The notes below the pieces were generated by a model, which worked only from the letters and a program-made list of their open reading frames with translations, ran no database searches and had not been told where the DNA came from. Below are positions 9,241 through 18,423 of a stretch of 64,000 nucleotides of DNA, one piece after another. The stretch comes from Acidobacteriota bacterium (GTDB taxonomy: Bacteria; Acidobacteriota; Vicinamibacteria; Vicinamibacterales; CAVVIG01). Location of the stretch: the NCBI GenBank assembly GCA_020850715.1, contig JADZED010000080.1, positions 68,524 through 132,523 on the forward strand. Reading direction: 5' to 3'. The first letter of the stretch is position 1; each line of letters starts with the position of its first letter. The position numbers and the translations under genes were made by a program.

Positions 9241-10218
9241 GTGATCTGCGTCGAGATCTCACGGCCTGGCGATGCCGGCGTGCTGCGGGAGGTCGAGCGG
9301 CCCGACCCCGTGCCCGGCGCCGGTGAAGTGCTGATTCGCGTCGCCGCGGCCGGTGTGAACCGGCCCGATCTGCTCCAGCGACGCGGCCGCTATCCGCCGC
9401 CGCCTGGTGCGAGCGACATTCCCGGGCTGGAGGTGGCCGGCACGGTCGCCTCGGTCGGCAGCCTCGTCCGCGAATGGCGTCCGGGCGATGCGGTGTGCGC
9501 GCTGGTGTCGGGCGGCGGCTATGCCGGCCTGTGCGTCGCGCCGGCGGTGCAGTGCCTTCCCGTGCCGCGCGGCCTGGACGCGGTCGCGGCGGCCGCCATT
9601 CCCGAGACCTTCTTCACCGTCTGGGCGAACCTCTTCGAGCTCGGAAGGCTGCAGCCGGGCGAGACCGCGCTCGTGCACGGAGGCGCAGGCGGCATCGGCA
9701 CCACCGCAATCCAGCTCGCTTCCGTCCGCGGCGCGACGGTGTTCGCCACGGCCGGCACCGACGAGAGGTGCCGCGCGTGCGAGCGGCTCGGCGCCGCCCG
9801 CGCGATCAACCATCGCGCCGAAGACTTCGCGCGCGCGGTCGCCGGGGCGACCTCCGGCCGCGGCGTGGACCTGATTCTCGACCACATCGGCGGCGGCTAC
9901 ACGCCCCGCAACCTGGCGTCGCTCGCCCCAGGCGGCCGGCTCGTGCAGATTGGCGCGATGCAGGGCTCGACGACGGAGATCGACCTGCGGCCGATTATCG
10001 CGCGTCACCTCACGCTGACCGGTTCGGCGCTCAGGCCGCGCAGCGTCGAGGAGAAGGGGCGGCTGGCGCAGGCGCTCCGCGAGCACGTGTGGCCGCTCCT
10101 CGAGAGCGGCCGCGTGAAGCCGATCGTCTTCCGGACGTTTCCGCTCGCCGAGGCTGCCGAGGCCCACCGGCTGATGGAAGCCGGCGGCCACATCGGCAAG
10201 ATCATCCTCCTCGTCTGA
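9241..10218 (+). CDS. NAD(P)H:quinone oxidoreductase / zeta-crystallin family medium-chain dehydrogenase
   Basis: 'VNRPDLLQRRGRYPPPPGASDIPGLEVAGTV' and nucleotide fold 'VHGGAGGIGTTAIQLA'. GTG 9241 was chosen as start; the listed 1074-aa ORF is mostly antisense shadow of the M28 gene. Confidence 0.8.
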   Translation: MICVEISRPGDAGVLREVERPDPVPGAGEVLIRVAAAGVNRPDLLQRRGRYPPPPGASDIPGLEVAGTVASVGSLVREWRPGDAVCALVSGGGYAGLCVAPAVQCLPVPRGLDAVAAAAIPETFFTVWANLFELGRLQPGETALVHGGAGGIGTTAIQLASVRGATVFATAGTDERCRACERLGAARAINHRAEDFARAVAGATSGRGVDLILDHIGGGYTPRNLASLAPGGRLVQIGAMQGSTTEIDLRPIIARHLTLTGSALRPRSVEEKGRLAQALREHVWPLLESGRVKPIVFRTFPLAEAAEAHRLMEAGGHIGKIILLV

Positions 10219-10345
10219 CCGGCGGCCGGCCGGTGGATGGCCCCCGTGGCGGATGACCAGACGCCGGGCCGGAATTGCCTTGCATTCGCCCCCAGCTCGG
10301 CCATAATGTCCCTGCTGAAACGTAAAAGAAAAATAAAGGTGTTCC

Positions 10346-11863
10346 GTGCGCAGACTCATTCAGACAGCATGGTGTAGGGTTCTCGCGACATCCTTCGTCG
10401 TGTTGCTCACCGCCCCGGCGGCGCGCGCGCAGACGGCGGCCGCGCTCGCCGAGGCGATGGACATCCCCGCGGGAGACGTCGTGAGCGCCGGCCTGGTGCT
10501 GCCTACGGCCCCGTCGTCGGATCCGCCGAGCGTCCAGGCGGTGACGGCATGGGGCCAGAGGCTCACTCCGCGCGCGGGGTCGTCATTGGCCGTGCTCTCG
10601 ACGGGAGTCGCGGCCGACATGAACGATCCCGGCTTCGCGTTGCCGGACCCGGGCACCGACTTCAGCACCTCTGTCGCCAACCCGCTTCCGGTGAGCGACG
10701 TGCCGGGGTGTCCCGCGAGCCAGTCGACAGTGAACGACCTCACGATCCTTCAATTGCAGCTCCGGGTTCCTCCCGGCATCGCCGCGCTGCGCTTCGATTT
10801 CAATTTCCTGTCCGCGGAATATCCTGAATGGGTCTGTACGCAGAACAACGATCGCTTCGTGGCGTTCCTCGACTCGACCGCCCTGGCGCAGAACATCGCG
10901 TACGACTGGTATGGCCAGGCCATCCAGGTGAACAACGCGGAGATGTTCCAGGTGTGTGCGGGGTGTCCGCGGGGCTTGGAAGACCTGATCGGCACGGGGA
11001 TGGAGCCGATCGGCGAACAGGTGGGCGGCGGTACCGGCTGGCTCACGACCCAGGCGTCCGTGGTGGCCGGCGACACGATCACGCTGCACCTGGCCATCAT
11101 GGACGGCGGCGACGGGATCGGCGATTCGGTCGTGCTGCTGGACAACTTCCAGTGGATCGTCGCGACGGGGCCGACCGTCGACGCGGGCGCGGACGCGACG
11201 ATCGTGGCCGACGCGTCCGGCTTCGCGACGTTCGCCCGCACCGGCCTGGTGACGGGCACGCCGACGTCGGTGCAGTGGAGCATCGGCGGCCTGGTGGTAT
11301 CGACGACGGCAGACGTGTCGGTGGCGCTCGCCACGGGCAACCACACGCTGACGCTCAGTGCGACCGACGACACCACCGCGGTGTCCGACGACGTGATCGT
11401 TACGGTAAATCCGTCGAACGTCATCATCGGGCCGGCCGGACCGCCCGGACCGCCCGGGCTGCCGGGAGCGGATGGCGCGCCCGGTCCGCAAGGACCGCCC
11501 GGGTTGCCGGGAACCGATGGCGTGCCTGGACCGCAAGGGCCGCCGGGATCGCCCGGCGCCGACGGTGCGCCCGGTCCGCCCGGACCGCCCGGAGCGGATG
11601 GCGCGGCCGGACCGCAAGGGCCGATCGGGCCTGCGGGCTCGGTGGGACCTGCGGGCGCGGTGGGACCTGCGGGCGCGAAGGGCGACAAAGGCGACGCCGG
11701 CGCGCCGGGCGAAGGGCTCGTTCCTGGATCGCTGCTGTTCCTGCCAGACGGCATCGCGCCGCCTCCGGGCTATGTGCTGGTCGGCAGCTCTCCGATGCTG
11801 CTGCGTCTGGCGCCCACGCGGAATCTGAGGATCTGGAAGGTCAACGTGTACCAGCGGCAGTAG
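10346..11863 (+). CDS. Secreted multidomain protein with a collagen-like triple-helix repeat region
   Basis: Signal peptide '...[10 protein letters not shown]'. N-terminal domain with '[13 protein letters not shown]' (choice-of-anchor-like), an Ig/PKD-like segment, then 32 uninterrupted G-X-Y triplets (11429-11716) and a short C-terminal domain. Confidence 0.8.
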   Translation: MRRLIQTAWCRVLATSFVVLLTAPAARAQTAAALAEAMDIPAGDVVSAGLVLPTAPSSDPPSVQAVTAWGQRLTPRAGSSLAVLSTGVAADMNDPGFALPDPGTDFSTSVANPLPVSDVPGCPASQSTVNDLTILQLQLRVPPGIAALRFDFNFLSAEYPEWVCTQNNDRFVAFLDSTALAQNIAYDWYGQAIQVNNAEMFQVCAGCPRGLEDLIGTGMEPIGEQVGGGTGWLTTQASVVAGDTITLHLAIMDGGDGIGDSVVLLDNFQWIVATGPTVDAGADATIVADASGFATFARTGLVTGTPTSVQWSIGGLVVSTTADVSVALATGNHTLTLSATDDTTAVSDDVIVTVNPSNVIIGPAGPPGPPGLPGADGAPGPQGPPGLPGTDGVPGPQGPPGSPGADGAPGPPGPPGADGAAGPQGPIGPAGSVGPAGAVGPAGAKGDKGDAGAPGEGLVPGSLLFLPDGIAPPPGYVLVGSSPMLLRLAPTRNLRIWKVNVYQRQ

Positions 11864-11874
11864 GAACCGCAGCG

Positions 11875-11908
11875 GCGGCGGCGCATCGCCTCGCGCGAGC
11901 GCCGCCGC
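11875..11908. terminator. GC-rich hairpin between convergent genes (no U-tract)
   Basis: 10-bp perfect stem 'gcggcggcgc'...'gcgccgccgc' with a 14-nt loop, 12 nt after the collagen-like gene stop. Confidence 0.35.
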
Positions 11909-11987
11909 GCCGCTGTGACCTCGCGCAGGGGACGCGCGCCGGCCGCCGACCGCACGCGCCGGCAGACGGCGATCTCGATCGAGACCC

Positions 11988-12722
11988 TCAGAATCGCACG
12001 CGGAGGCCGGCAGCGGCTCGCGGTCCGCCGGCGTTCAGGGCAATCGTCTCTCCGCCGGCTCGAAGATGGATCTTCGCGCGCGCGAACTGCGCGCAGAAGC
12101 CGAGGCCCGCGTGCCGGGAGAAGAAGAAGCCCACGTCGCCGCCGACCTGGAACCCCATCGCCGAATCGCGGGCAGGCGCGGTCGTCGCCCGTTCGAATGA
12201 GGCGGCGTCATAGGGATAGGCGTCCGTGTAGGTGAAGTCTTCCACGACCGGCTGCTGCACCGCGACAAACGCCGGCCCGGCGTAGAGAAGCACCTGTCCC
12301 CGCGCCCGGAAGCCGAGCACGGCCCCGACCTGAAGGCCGACAATCGTCGACCGCCGCTTCAACCCGCCGACCTCGCCGCTCGTCGTGCGGAACCGGTCGA
12401 AGTACAGCGGGTGCGGCAGCCGGCCCGTCACCTTCGCCGAACCGACGCCGGACGTCCGGCTCACCAGCACGCCGACAGCCAGAGCGCGCCACACGCGGAC
12501 GCTCGCGCCGATCTCCAGGCCGGCGGCGCCGCCGACCTTGTAATCGGCGTCGAACGTCTCTTCTTCCGCGTTGAGGATCTTCGCCGCGCTGCTGCGGAAG
12601 GGATCCTCGGGCGCCTGGTATGAACCGTCCACCGCGACGAGCACCTTGCTCGAAGGTTGGGCCATGCAGACCCCGGCCGACGAGGCGAGCAAGACGAGGG
12701 AGAACGAGAAGGGCTTCAGCAC
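11988..12722 (-). CDS. Outer-membrane beta-barrel protein (small porin/OmpW-like class)
   Basis: Signal 'MLKPFSFSLVLLASSAGVCMAQ', alternating amphipathic strands, and a C-terminal '...GLRVRF' aromatic terminus. Confidence 0.6.
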   Translation of the reverse strand: MLKPFSFSLVLLASSAGVCMAQPSSKVLVAVDGSYQAPEDPFRSSAAKILNAEEETFDADYKVGGAAGLEIGASVRVWRALAVGVLVSRTSGVGSAKVTGRLPHPLYFDRFRTTSGEVGGLKRRSTIVGLQVGAVLGFRARGQVLLYAGPAFVAVQQPVVEDFTYTDAYPYDAASFERATTAPARDSAMGFQVGGDVGFFFSRHAGLGFCAQFARAKIHLRAGGETIALNAGGPRAAAGLRVRF

Positions 12723-12735
12723 GTCACGCTCCGCG

Positions 12736-14883
12736 TCACCGCTGGTCGGGCTTTGCCCGCCATCCGGATGTTTCAGGCGAAACGCCCGAATCCGTCGTCA
12801 ATCCCGGCGCGCCGACGGGCGCCAGGCGCTGCACGCCGGAGAAGCGTCTTCGTGTGCCGTCGTCCGCGCGGGCGGTGATGTCGAGCTCCACGTAACCGCT
12901 CCCGCGCCGATCGAGGTTCCACTCCCACTTCACGCACGCCGAGCCGAACGCGTCGATGCGCGCCGATCCCGGTCCGCAGCGATCGAAGTACTCGGCGAAG
13001 GAGAACGTCCAATGGGCGCTGATTTGCCGCCCGTTGTCGTCGTATTCCACGGCGGCGATGCTCTCGATCGAGGCGCCCTGTCCGCCGGTCTCGGTGACGG
13101 TCGCGGTGAACTTCCAGCAGGGCACGATGGCGAACTGACACTGCGTCGTCCCGATGGCCGGACTGGGCGCAAAGCTGATCGCCAGCGAGGCGGCTGGGAA
13201 CACGCCGACCGCCGACCAGGCCTCCGAGATCGCCCGCTCGGCCGCGCTTCCGCTTCCGTACAGATCGCGGGCGGCCTGAATGGTGGTGGCGCGCGCGGTT
13301 GCGAACGTGGCGCTCGACGGCATGAGCGCGGTGAAGGCGCGATAGAAGATCTTCTCGATCTGCTCGCGGTTCGCGGCGCCGACGCCGTGCACGCTCAATC
13401 CGGACGTCCGGTTCACGCCCCCTTCGACGGCGAGATAGAAGGCGTGGTTGCCGATGCCGGAGTTCGTGTGGACGCCGCCATTGTCGCCCTCGCCCGTGTA
13501 GCGGCGGCTGTAGTGATCGGGCTGATCGAACGCCCGCGGATCGGAGAGCGATCGGATGCCGCCTGGCGTGAACACATCTTCGCCGATCAGGTAGTCGGGT
13601 GTGCCGAGGCTCGCGGAGCCCGGCGTCTGGTGGAACCATTCGGCGCCGGTTCCCATGATGTCGGAGAAGCTCTCGTTGAGCGCCCCCGATTCGCCGGCGT
13701 AGGCGAGGCGCGACGAGAAGGCCGTGATGCCGTGCGTGAGCTCGTGCGCGACGATATCGAGCGCCCCCGCGAAGTAGTTGACGTGCTGCCCGCGGTAGGT
13801 GAGATCCGGCGGCAGCCCTTCGCCATACACCATGAGCCCGCCCCAGTGGGGGTCGTAGAACGCATTGAGATAGAAGGTCGACACATCGTCCCAGTCGGGC
13901 GAGCCGGCCCACTTCAAGACATCCCCGCGCTCGATCGGATGGACGATGTTCAACATGCGGTAGTCGCGATCGTCGAGGCCGTGCCGGTTGAACCGCTTGT
14001 AGAAGTAGTCGTAGGTCCATCCCGCATACGTGTGGGCATCGACCGCCGCGGGATCGTCCCAGACGTTGTCGGCGTCGCTCGCCATGTCGCTGGCGTACAG
14101 CGGCCGGCCGCCGTAGAGCACCTCGGCGGTAGTACCGACGTCGCCGCGCAGATCGAACGTTCTGAACCGATCGGGCGGCCTGAGCTCGTCGTCGGCGACG
14201 TAGCGCCCCGACATCGTGGAGGCGCTGACCTTCTTGCGATCGCCCAGCACGCCCGTGCCCGTGCCGACGACCGACTGCGTCTGCCGATCGGAGTAGGCGC
14301 GCAGGACCGCGCCCGTCTTCGCGTCGACAAAGACGACGAGGCAGTCGGTTCGCGAATGGACGATGACGACATAGGCGAGGCTGGCGCCGCCGCTCTGCTC
14401 GGGCAGCACGACCAGTTCCGGCGGCGCCAGCGGATAGGCGCGGCCGCCTTCGACGTGGCGCTCGGCTGCACCTCTGGCCTCGTCCACGTCGAGCGTGGGG
14501 TTCACGTCGAGGTCGAGGGCGGGATACACGGTGCCGAAGGCGGATACCGTGATGCCGTCCTTCGACTGGCGGGCGACGTCGGCCCCCCAGATCCGCACGC
14601 CGCGATGGAACTGGTCGAATCGCTCGTGGACGCGTCCCGCCAGCAGGGAATCCGGCGAGGTCTTCCAGGGCCGCAGCTCGCGGCTCCGGATCATCGCGTC
14701 GATCTGGCCATCGAGCTCCCGCATCTGCCGGACGCCGGACGAGGAATCGATCGCCAGGATCTGCGCGCGGGAGCCGGCGGACGGCAGGGAGGCAGGAGGC
14801 GAGACGACCTGCGCGGCGGCGGCGGCCTGCAGCACCCAGGCGACTCCGAGCGCCACGCGCGCGGCGCCGAACGTCGATCTCAT
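12736..14883 (-). CDS. M4 (thermolysin-like) secreted metalloprotease with C-terminal extension
   Basis: 'VAHELTHGIT' HExxH plus 'GALNESFSDIMG' (third zinc-ligand Glu motif). Start at ATG 14883 gives the signal 'MRSTFGAARVALGVAWVLQAAAAAQ'. Confidence 0.9.
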   Translation of the reverse strand: MRSTFGAARVALGVAWVLQAAAAAQVVSPPASLPSAGSRAQILAIDSSSGVRQMRELDGQIDAMIRSRELRPWKTSPDSLLAGRVHERFDQFHRGVRIWGADVARQSKDGITVSAFGTVYPALDLDVNPTLDVDEARGAAERHVEGGRAYPLAPPELVVLPEQSGGASLAYVVIVHSRTDCLVVFVDAKTGAVLRAYSDRQTQSVVGTGTGVLGDRKKVSASTMSGRYVADDELRPPDRFRTFDLRGDVGTTAEVLYGGRPLYASDMASDADNVWDDPAAVDAHTYAGWTYDYFYKRFNRHGLDDRDYRMLNIVHPIERGDVLKWAGSPDWDDVSTFYLNAFYDPHWGGLMVYGEGLPPDLTYRGQHVNYFAGALDIVAHELTHGITAFSSRLAYAGESGALNESFSDIMGTGAEWFHQTPGSASLGTPDYLIGEDVFTPGGIRSLSDPRAFDQPDHYSRRYTGEGDNGGVHTNSGIGNHAFYLAVEGGVNRTSGLSVHGVGAANREQIEKIFYRAFTALMPSSATFATARATTIQAARDLYGSGSAAERAISEAWSAVGVFPAASLAISFAPSPAIGTTQCQFAIVPCWKFTATVTETGGQGASIESIAAVEYDDNGRQISAHWTFSFAEYFDRCGPGSARIDAFGSACVKWEWNLDRRGSGYVELDITARADDGTRRRFSGVQRLAPVGAPGLTTDSGVSPETSGWRAKPDQR

Positions 14884-15076
14884 CGTGTCCTCCTGCCAGT
14901 CGTCGTCGAGTCGGACCGCCATCTTAGACCGGGCGACGCTTGGATTTCAAAGCGACGCGGCATCGCCCGGCAGGCCGGCCGCAGTCGGGGCGCTGCCTCC
15001 GGCCTGGTTCTCCCAGGAAATCCTTGCCGCCTGCGCCCATCTCGACTACCGTGTCTGCCCAACTGGAGCCGACGCC

Positions 15077-16579
15077 ATGAACCAGCGCCTGCCGTTCGTG
15101 CCAGCGCCTTTCGCCCTCCTGCTGCTCACTGCCGCGGCGGCCGCGGCGCAGCCGGCCGCGCCGCCCTTCGCGCCCGTGCAGCGCGAACTGCTCGCCGTGC
15201 CGAACTCCTACTCGAACGCCTGGGGCGACTTCGACAACGACGGCGATCTCGATCTGGCCGTGTCGCTCGGCACCGGCGAAGTTCGCCTGTACCGCAACGA
15301 CGCCGGCACGCTGGTGAGCGTGGGCGCCCAGCTCGGCATGCCGCAGGCCGGCAGCTACGAGCTGCGCGGCCTCAGTTGGGGCGACTACGACGGCGACGGC
15401 TTCATCGATCTGCTCGGAGGGCCCACCGCTGCCGACCAGGTCACCAAGGTGCTGCACAACGAAGGCGGGAGACGCTTCGTCGACCTCGCCGCCGATCTCG
15501 GCCTGACGATCCCGGGGCGCTCGTCGCGCCAGACCAACTGGGTCGACTACGACAACGACGGCGACCTCGACGTCTATGCGACCAATCGCACCGGCGAGAA
15601 CGGGCTGTATCGGAACGAGGCCGGAGTGTTCGCCCGGGTGTTCGCCGGCGCGGGGCCGACCGACGCCAGGCCGACGGTCGGCGCCTGCTGGTTCGACATG
15701 GACGCGGACGGCGACCTCGACCTGTTCCTCGCGAACCAGTCGGGCGCGGCTGACGCGCTCTGGCGCAACGACCTCACCGCCTTCGCCGACGTGGCCGCGG
15801 CCGCCGGCGTCGCCGGTCCGCCCCGCACGAAGGATCAGGGCGGCGTCGGCTGCGCGATCGGCGACTACGACAACGACGGCGATCTCGACATCTTCGTGCC
15901 CAACTACGGGCCCAACCAGCTCTATCGCAACAACGCCAACGGCACCTTCACCGACGTCGCGCAGGCGCTGGGCGTCGGCGTGGAGAACCACGCGGTCGGC
16001 TCCGATTGGGGCGACTACGACAACGACGGCGATCTCGACCTGGCGGTGATCTCCTACGAAGGGGCGGTCGGCGAGCAGCAGCCGCACAACGCGCTCTTCA
16101 GGAACGACGGCCCGGCCGGCTTCGTGAACGCGCTCGCGCCGGACAGCCCGCTGAACGCCGCCGACCACGGCGCGCAACTGGTCGATTACGACGGCGACGG
16201 CGGCCTCGATCTGTCGGTCACCGACGGGTACGGACCGGTCGGCGGCCATTTCGTCTTCCGCAATACGCTTCCCGACGATGTGAAGAAGCGCAGCCTGAGC
16301 GTGCTGGTGCTCGACGCCAAGGGGCACCAGACCCGCTTCGGTGCAGAAGTCCGGCTGTTCGACACGGCCGGCCGGCTGCTGGCCGTGCGCCTGGTGCCCG
16401 CCGGCGGCGGCTACAACGCGCAGCGGGCGGCGCCGGTTCACTTCGGGCTCGCGGCGCTCGCGCCGCTCACCGTCGAAGTGACGTTCATGAGCCGCGAGGG
16501 ACGGAAGGCGCAGACCGTGAAGAACGTCGACCCGGCCGCGTACCGCGGCAAGAGCCTCGTCGTGCGCCAGGCGAACTGA
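15077..16579 (+). CDS. FG-GAP/VCBS repeat protein (CRTAC1 / ASPIC-UnbV-like)
   Basis: Signal peptide, then repeated 'GD(Y/F)DNDGDLD' calcium-binding FG-GAP motifs. ATG 15077 was chosen as start; upstream ORF sequence is antisense shadow of the M4 gene. Confidence 0.8.
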   Translation: MNQRLPFVPAPFALLLLTAAAAAAQPAAPPFAPVQRELLAVPNSYSNAWGDFDNDGDLDLAVSLGTGEVRLYRNDAGTLVSVGAQLGMPQAGSYELRGLSWGDYDGDGFIDLLGGPTAADQVTKVLHNEGGRRFVDLAADLGLTIPGRSSRQTNWVDYDNDGDLDVYATNRTGENGLYRNEAGVFARVFAGAGPTDARPTVGACWFDMDADGDLDLFLANQSGAADALWRNDLTAFADVAAAAGVAGPPRTKDQGGVGCAIGDYDNDGDLDIFVPNYGPNQLYRNNANGTFTDVAQALGVGVENHAVGSDWGDYDNDGDLDLAVISYEGAVGEQQPHNALFRNDGPAGFVNALAPDSPLNAADHGAQLVDYDGDGGLDLSVTDGYGPVGGHFVFRNTLPDDVKKRSLSVLVLDAKGHQTRFGAEVRLFDTAGRLLAVRLVPAGGGYNAQRAAPVHFGLAALAPLTVEVTFMSREGRKAQTVKNVDPAAYRGKSLVVRQAN

Positions 16580-16662
16580 TCGCAGGACCCGGCGGCCGTC
16601 GGGCAGCACGCGCGCCCTGCGCGCGGGCGCCGAGGCCTCCGCCGGATGCGTTTCGGACGGCC

Positions 16663-18090
16663 CTACCGCGCGCCGGCGGCGGCTCCCCCGGCCGCCGCCA
16701 CGTCGACCACCGCGCGATAGATCAGCTCCACGAAATCGCCGACGCCCTCGACCGAGATCTTCTCGTCGTTGCCGTGCATGCCGGTGTCGTCGACCGGCGC
16801 CGGCCCGCCGATCCCGTAGGCCTGCACCCCCTTCGCGCGGAGCTGCGCGTTGTCGGTCGCCGCCGTCAACATCATCGGCATCGTCTGCGCGCCGGGAAAC
16901 GCCGCCGCCTGCGCGCGTGCGAGCGCGGCGAACATCTCGGTATCGAGACCCGAGGCCGGAGGGGCCGGGCGGCCGCCGGCATTGCGGACGATCTCGACCG
17001 CCGGATCGTCGACGATCCGGCGCATCTGGTCGACGAAGGCGTCCATGTCCTCGTCCGGCAGCGCGCGGATGTCGAGCGTCGCCTCCGCCTCGGCGGGGAT
17101 CACGTTGCCGCGGAAGCCGCCTTTCACGATCGTCGGCGAGATCGAGGTGCGCAGCATCGAGCTGTAGTTGACGTTGGTGCCCCGCAGCAGCTCCTGCGCC
17201 ATCAGCCCCATCGTCGGATCCTCGAGGTGCGTGTAGACGAACGCCTCGTCGGGCGGGCTCACCTTCGCGAGCGTCTGGAAGAACGCGCGCGTCGTCTCGT
17301 TGAGCCGCATCGGCGGCAGCCACCCGCCGAGCTTGGCGACGGCGGCCGACAGGTGCACGATCGCGTTGTCGAGCCGCGGCCGCGAGGCGTGGCCCGACAC
17401 GCCGCGGGCAACGAGCCGCACGCCGCGCCCCACCTTCTCGGTCGTCGCCACGCCGACGTACTTCACCTTGCCGCCTTCGGTGACCGTGAGCCCGCCTTCG
17501 GCGAGCGCGAACTCAGCGTCGATCTTGTCGAAGTGCTCGTCCACCATGAAGCCGATGCCGAGCTGCGACGACCCTTCCTCGCCCGCCTCTGCCAGGTAGA
17601 TCACGTCGCGGTCGAGCGGCACCTTCATCCGGTGGATCAGCAGGAAGGCCATCAAGCCGGCCGACACCGTGTCCTTGTCGTCGATGGCGCCGCGCCCCCA
17701 GACCATGCCGTCCTTGATCGTGGCGGCGAACGGATCGAGGGTCCACTTGTCGCGCTCGACGCCGACCACGTCGGTGTGTCCCATGATGAGAACCGGCCGC
17801 CGGCTCCCGTTGCCCTTGATGCGGGCGACCAGGTTGCCGCGTCCCGGCTCGAGCTCCAGGATCTCCGACGGGATGCCCTCCTTGTCGAGCACCCCCTTGA
17901 TGTACTGGGCGACCTTCGTTTCGCTGCCGGGCGGATTGCTCGTGTCGATGCGGATCACCTCCTGGAGGATCCGGACCGCCTCGTCCTGCGCGGCGTCGAA
18001 GTCGGGCATCCTCGCGCGCGGCGATTGCGCGTGGATCGCCGGCGCGGCCAGGAGGGCCAGAGCCAGCAGGAGAGTGCGGGTCTTCGCCAT
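16663..18090 (-). CDS. M20 family metallopeptidase (ArgE/DapE/CPG2-like), secreted
   Basis: 'IMGHTDVVGV', 'GRGAIDDKD' and 'LAEAGEEGSS'. The internal ATG 18090 gives the signal 'MAKTRTLLLALALLAAPAIHAQ'. Confidence 0.8.
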   Translation of the reverse strand: MAKTRTLLLALALLAAPAIHAQSPRARMPDFDAAQDEAVRILQEVIRIDTSNPPGSETKVAQYIKGVLDKEGIPSEILELEPGRGNLVARIKGNGSRRPVLIMGHTDVVGVERDKWTLDPFAATIKDGMVWGRGAIDDKDTVSAGLMAFLLIHRMKVPLDRDVIYLAEAGEEGSSQLGIGFMVDEHFDKIDAEFALAEGGLTVTEGGKVKYVGVATTEKVGRGVRLVARGVSGHASRPRLDNAIVHLSAAVAKLGGWLPPMRLNETTRAFFQTLAKVSPPDEAFVYTHLEDPTMGLMAQELLRGTNVNYSSMLRTSISPTIVKGGFRGNVIPAEAEATLDIRALPDEDMDAFVDQMRRIVDDPAVEIVRNAGGRPAPPASGLDTEMFAALARAQAAAFPGAQTMPMMLTAATDNAQLRAKGVQAYGIGGPAPVDDTGMHGNDEKISVEGVGDFVELIYRAVVDVAAAGGAAAGAR

Positions 18091-18423
18091 CGCGCGCCTC
18101 GCTTGGAAGATCGGATCGACGCGCGCATTGTGCCACACGCCGCGGGCGATATCGAGGCGTCGCGCGCCGCGGGCCATGGCTACCGGCTATTCGATCCGAC
18201 CATGGATCAGGCCGATGGAAAGGCTCGACGTTCTGCAGCAATCCAACGGGACCGACGCGTCCGGATCTGGCCGGTATTTACCGTGCCTCCCGTATTGAAA
18301 AGGTCACACGCCGGGCCTACCGTGAGCACGGTATTCCGAGCCGCCCGCGCATCGCTCGCGCCGGGCGGACGCCTGGATGCCGGAATCGGGAGCCGTGAGG
18401 CCGGATTGAAGGAGGTTCGCCCC

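Noticed and set aside
6994-10218. 1074-aa ORF on the plus strand
   Set aside because: The first ~750 codons are the antisense shadow of the M28 peptidase gene and are Arg/Ala/Gly-rich with no motifs. Only the last 326 codons (9241-10218) show quinone-oxidoreductase motifs.
11429-11716. Periodic 9-nt DNA repeat that could be mistaken for a CRISPR array or satellite
   Set aside because: The periodicity is the coding G-X-Y collagen repeat inside a continuous ORF. There are no spacer/repeat units of CRISPR size anywhere in the window.
12571-15753. 1060-aa plus-strand ORF, plus similar giants at 14924-17323, 16006-18423 (the N-terminal part of ORF 16006-21267), 18460-21309, 35961-38888 and 48639-52265
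   Set aside because: These are typical high-GC shadow ORFs. They overlap genes with clear family motifs on the other strand or frame, have extreme Arg/Gly/Asp/His composition, and show no recognisable domains.
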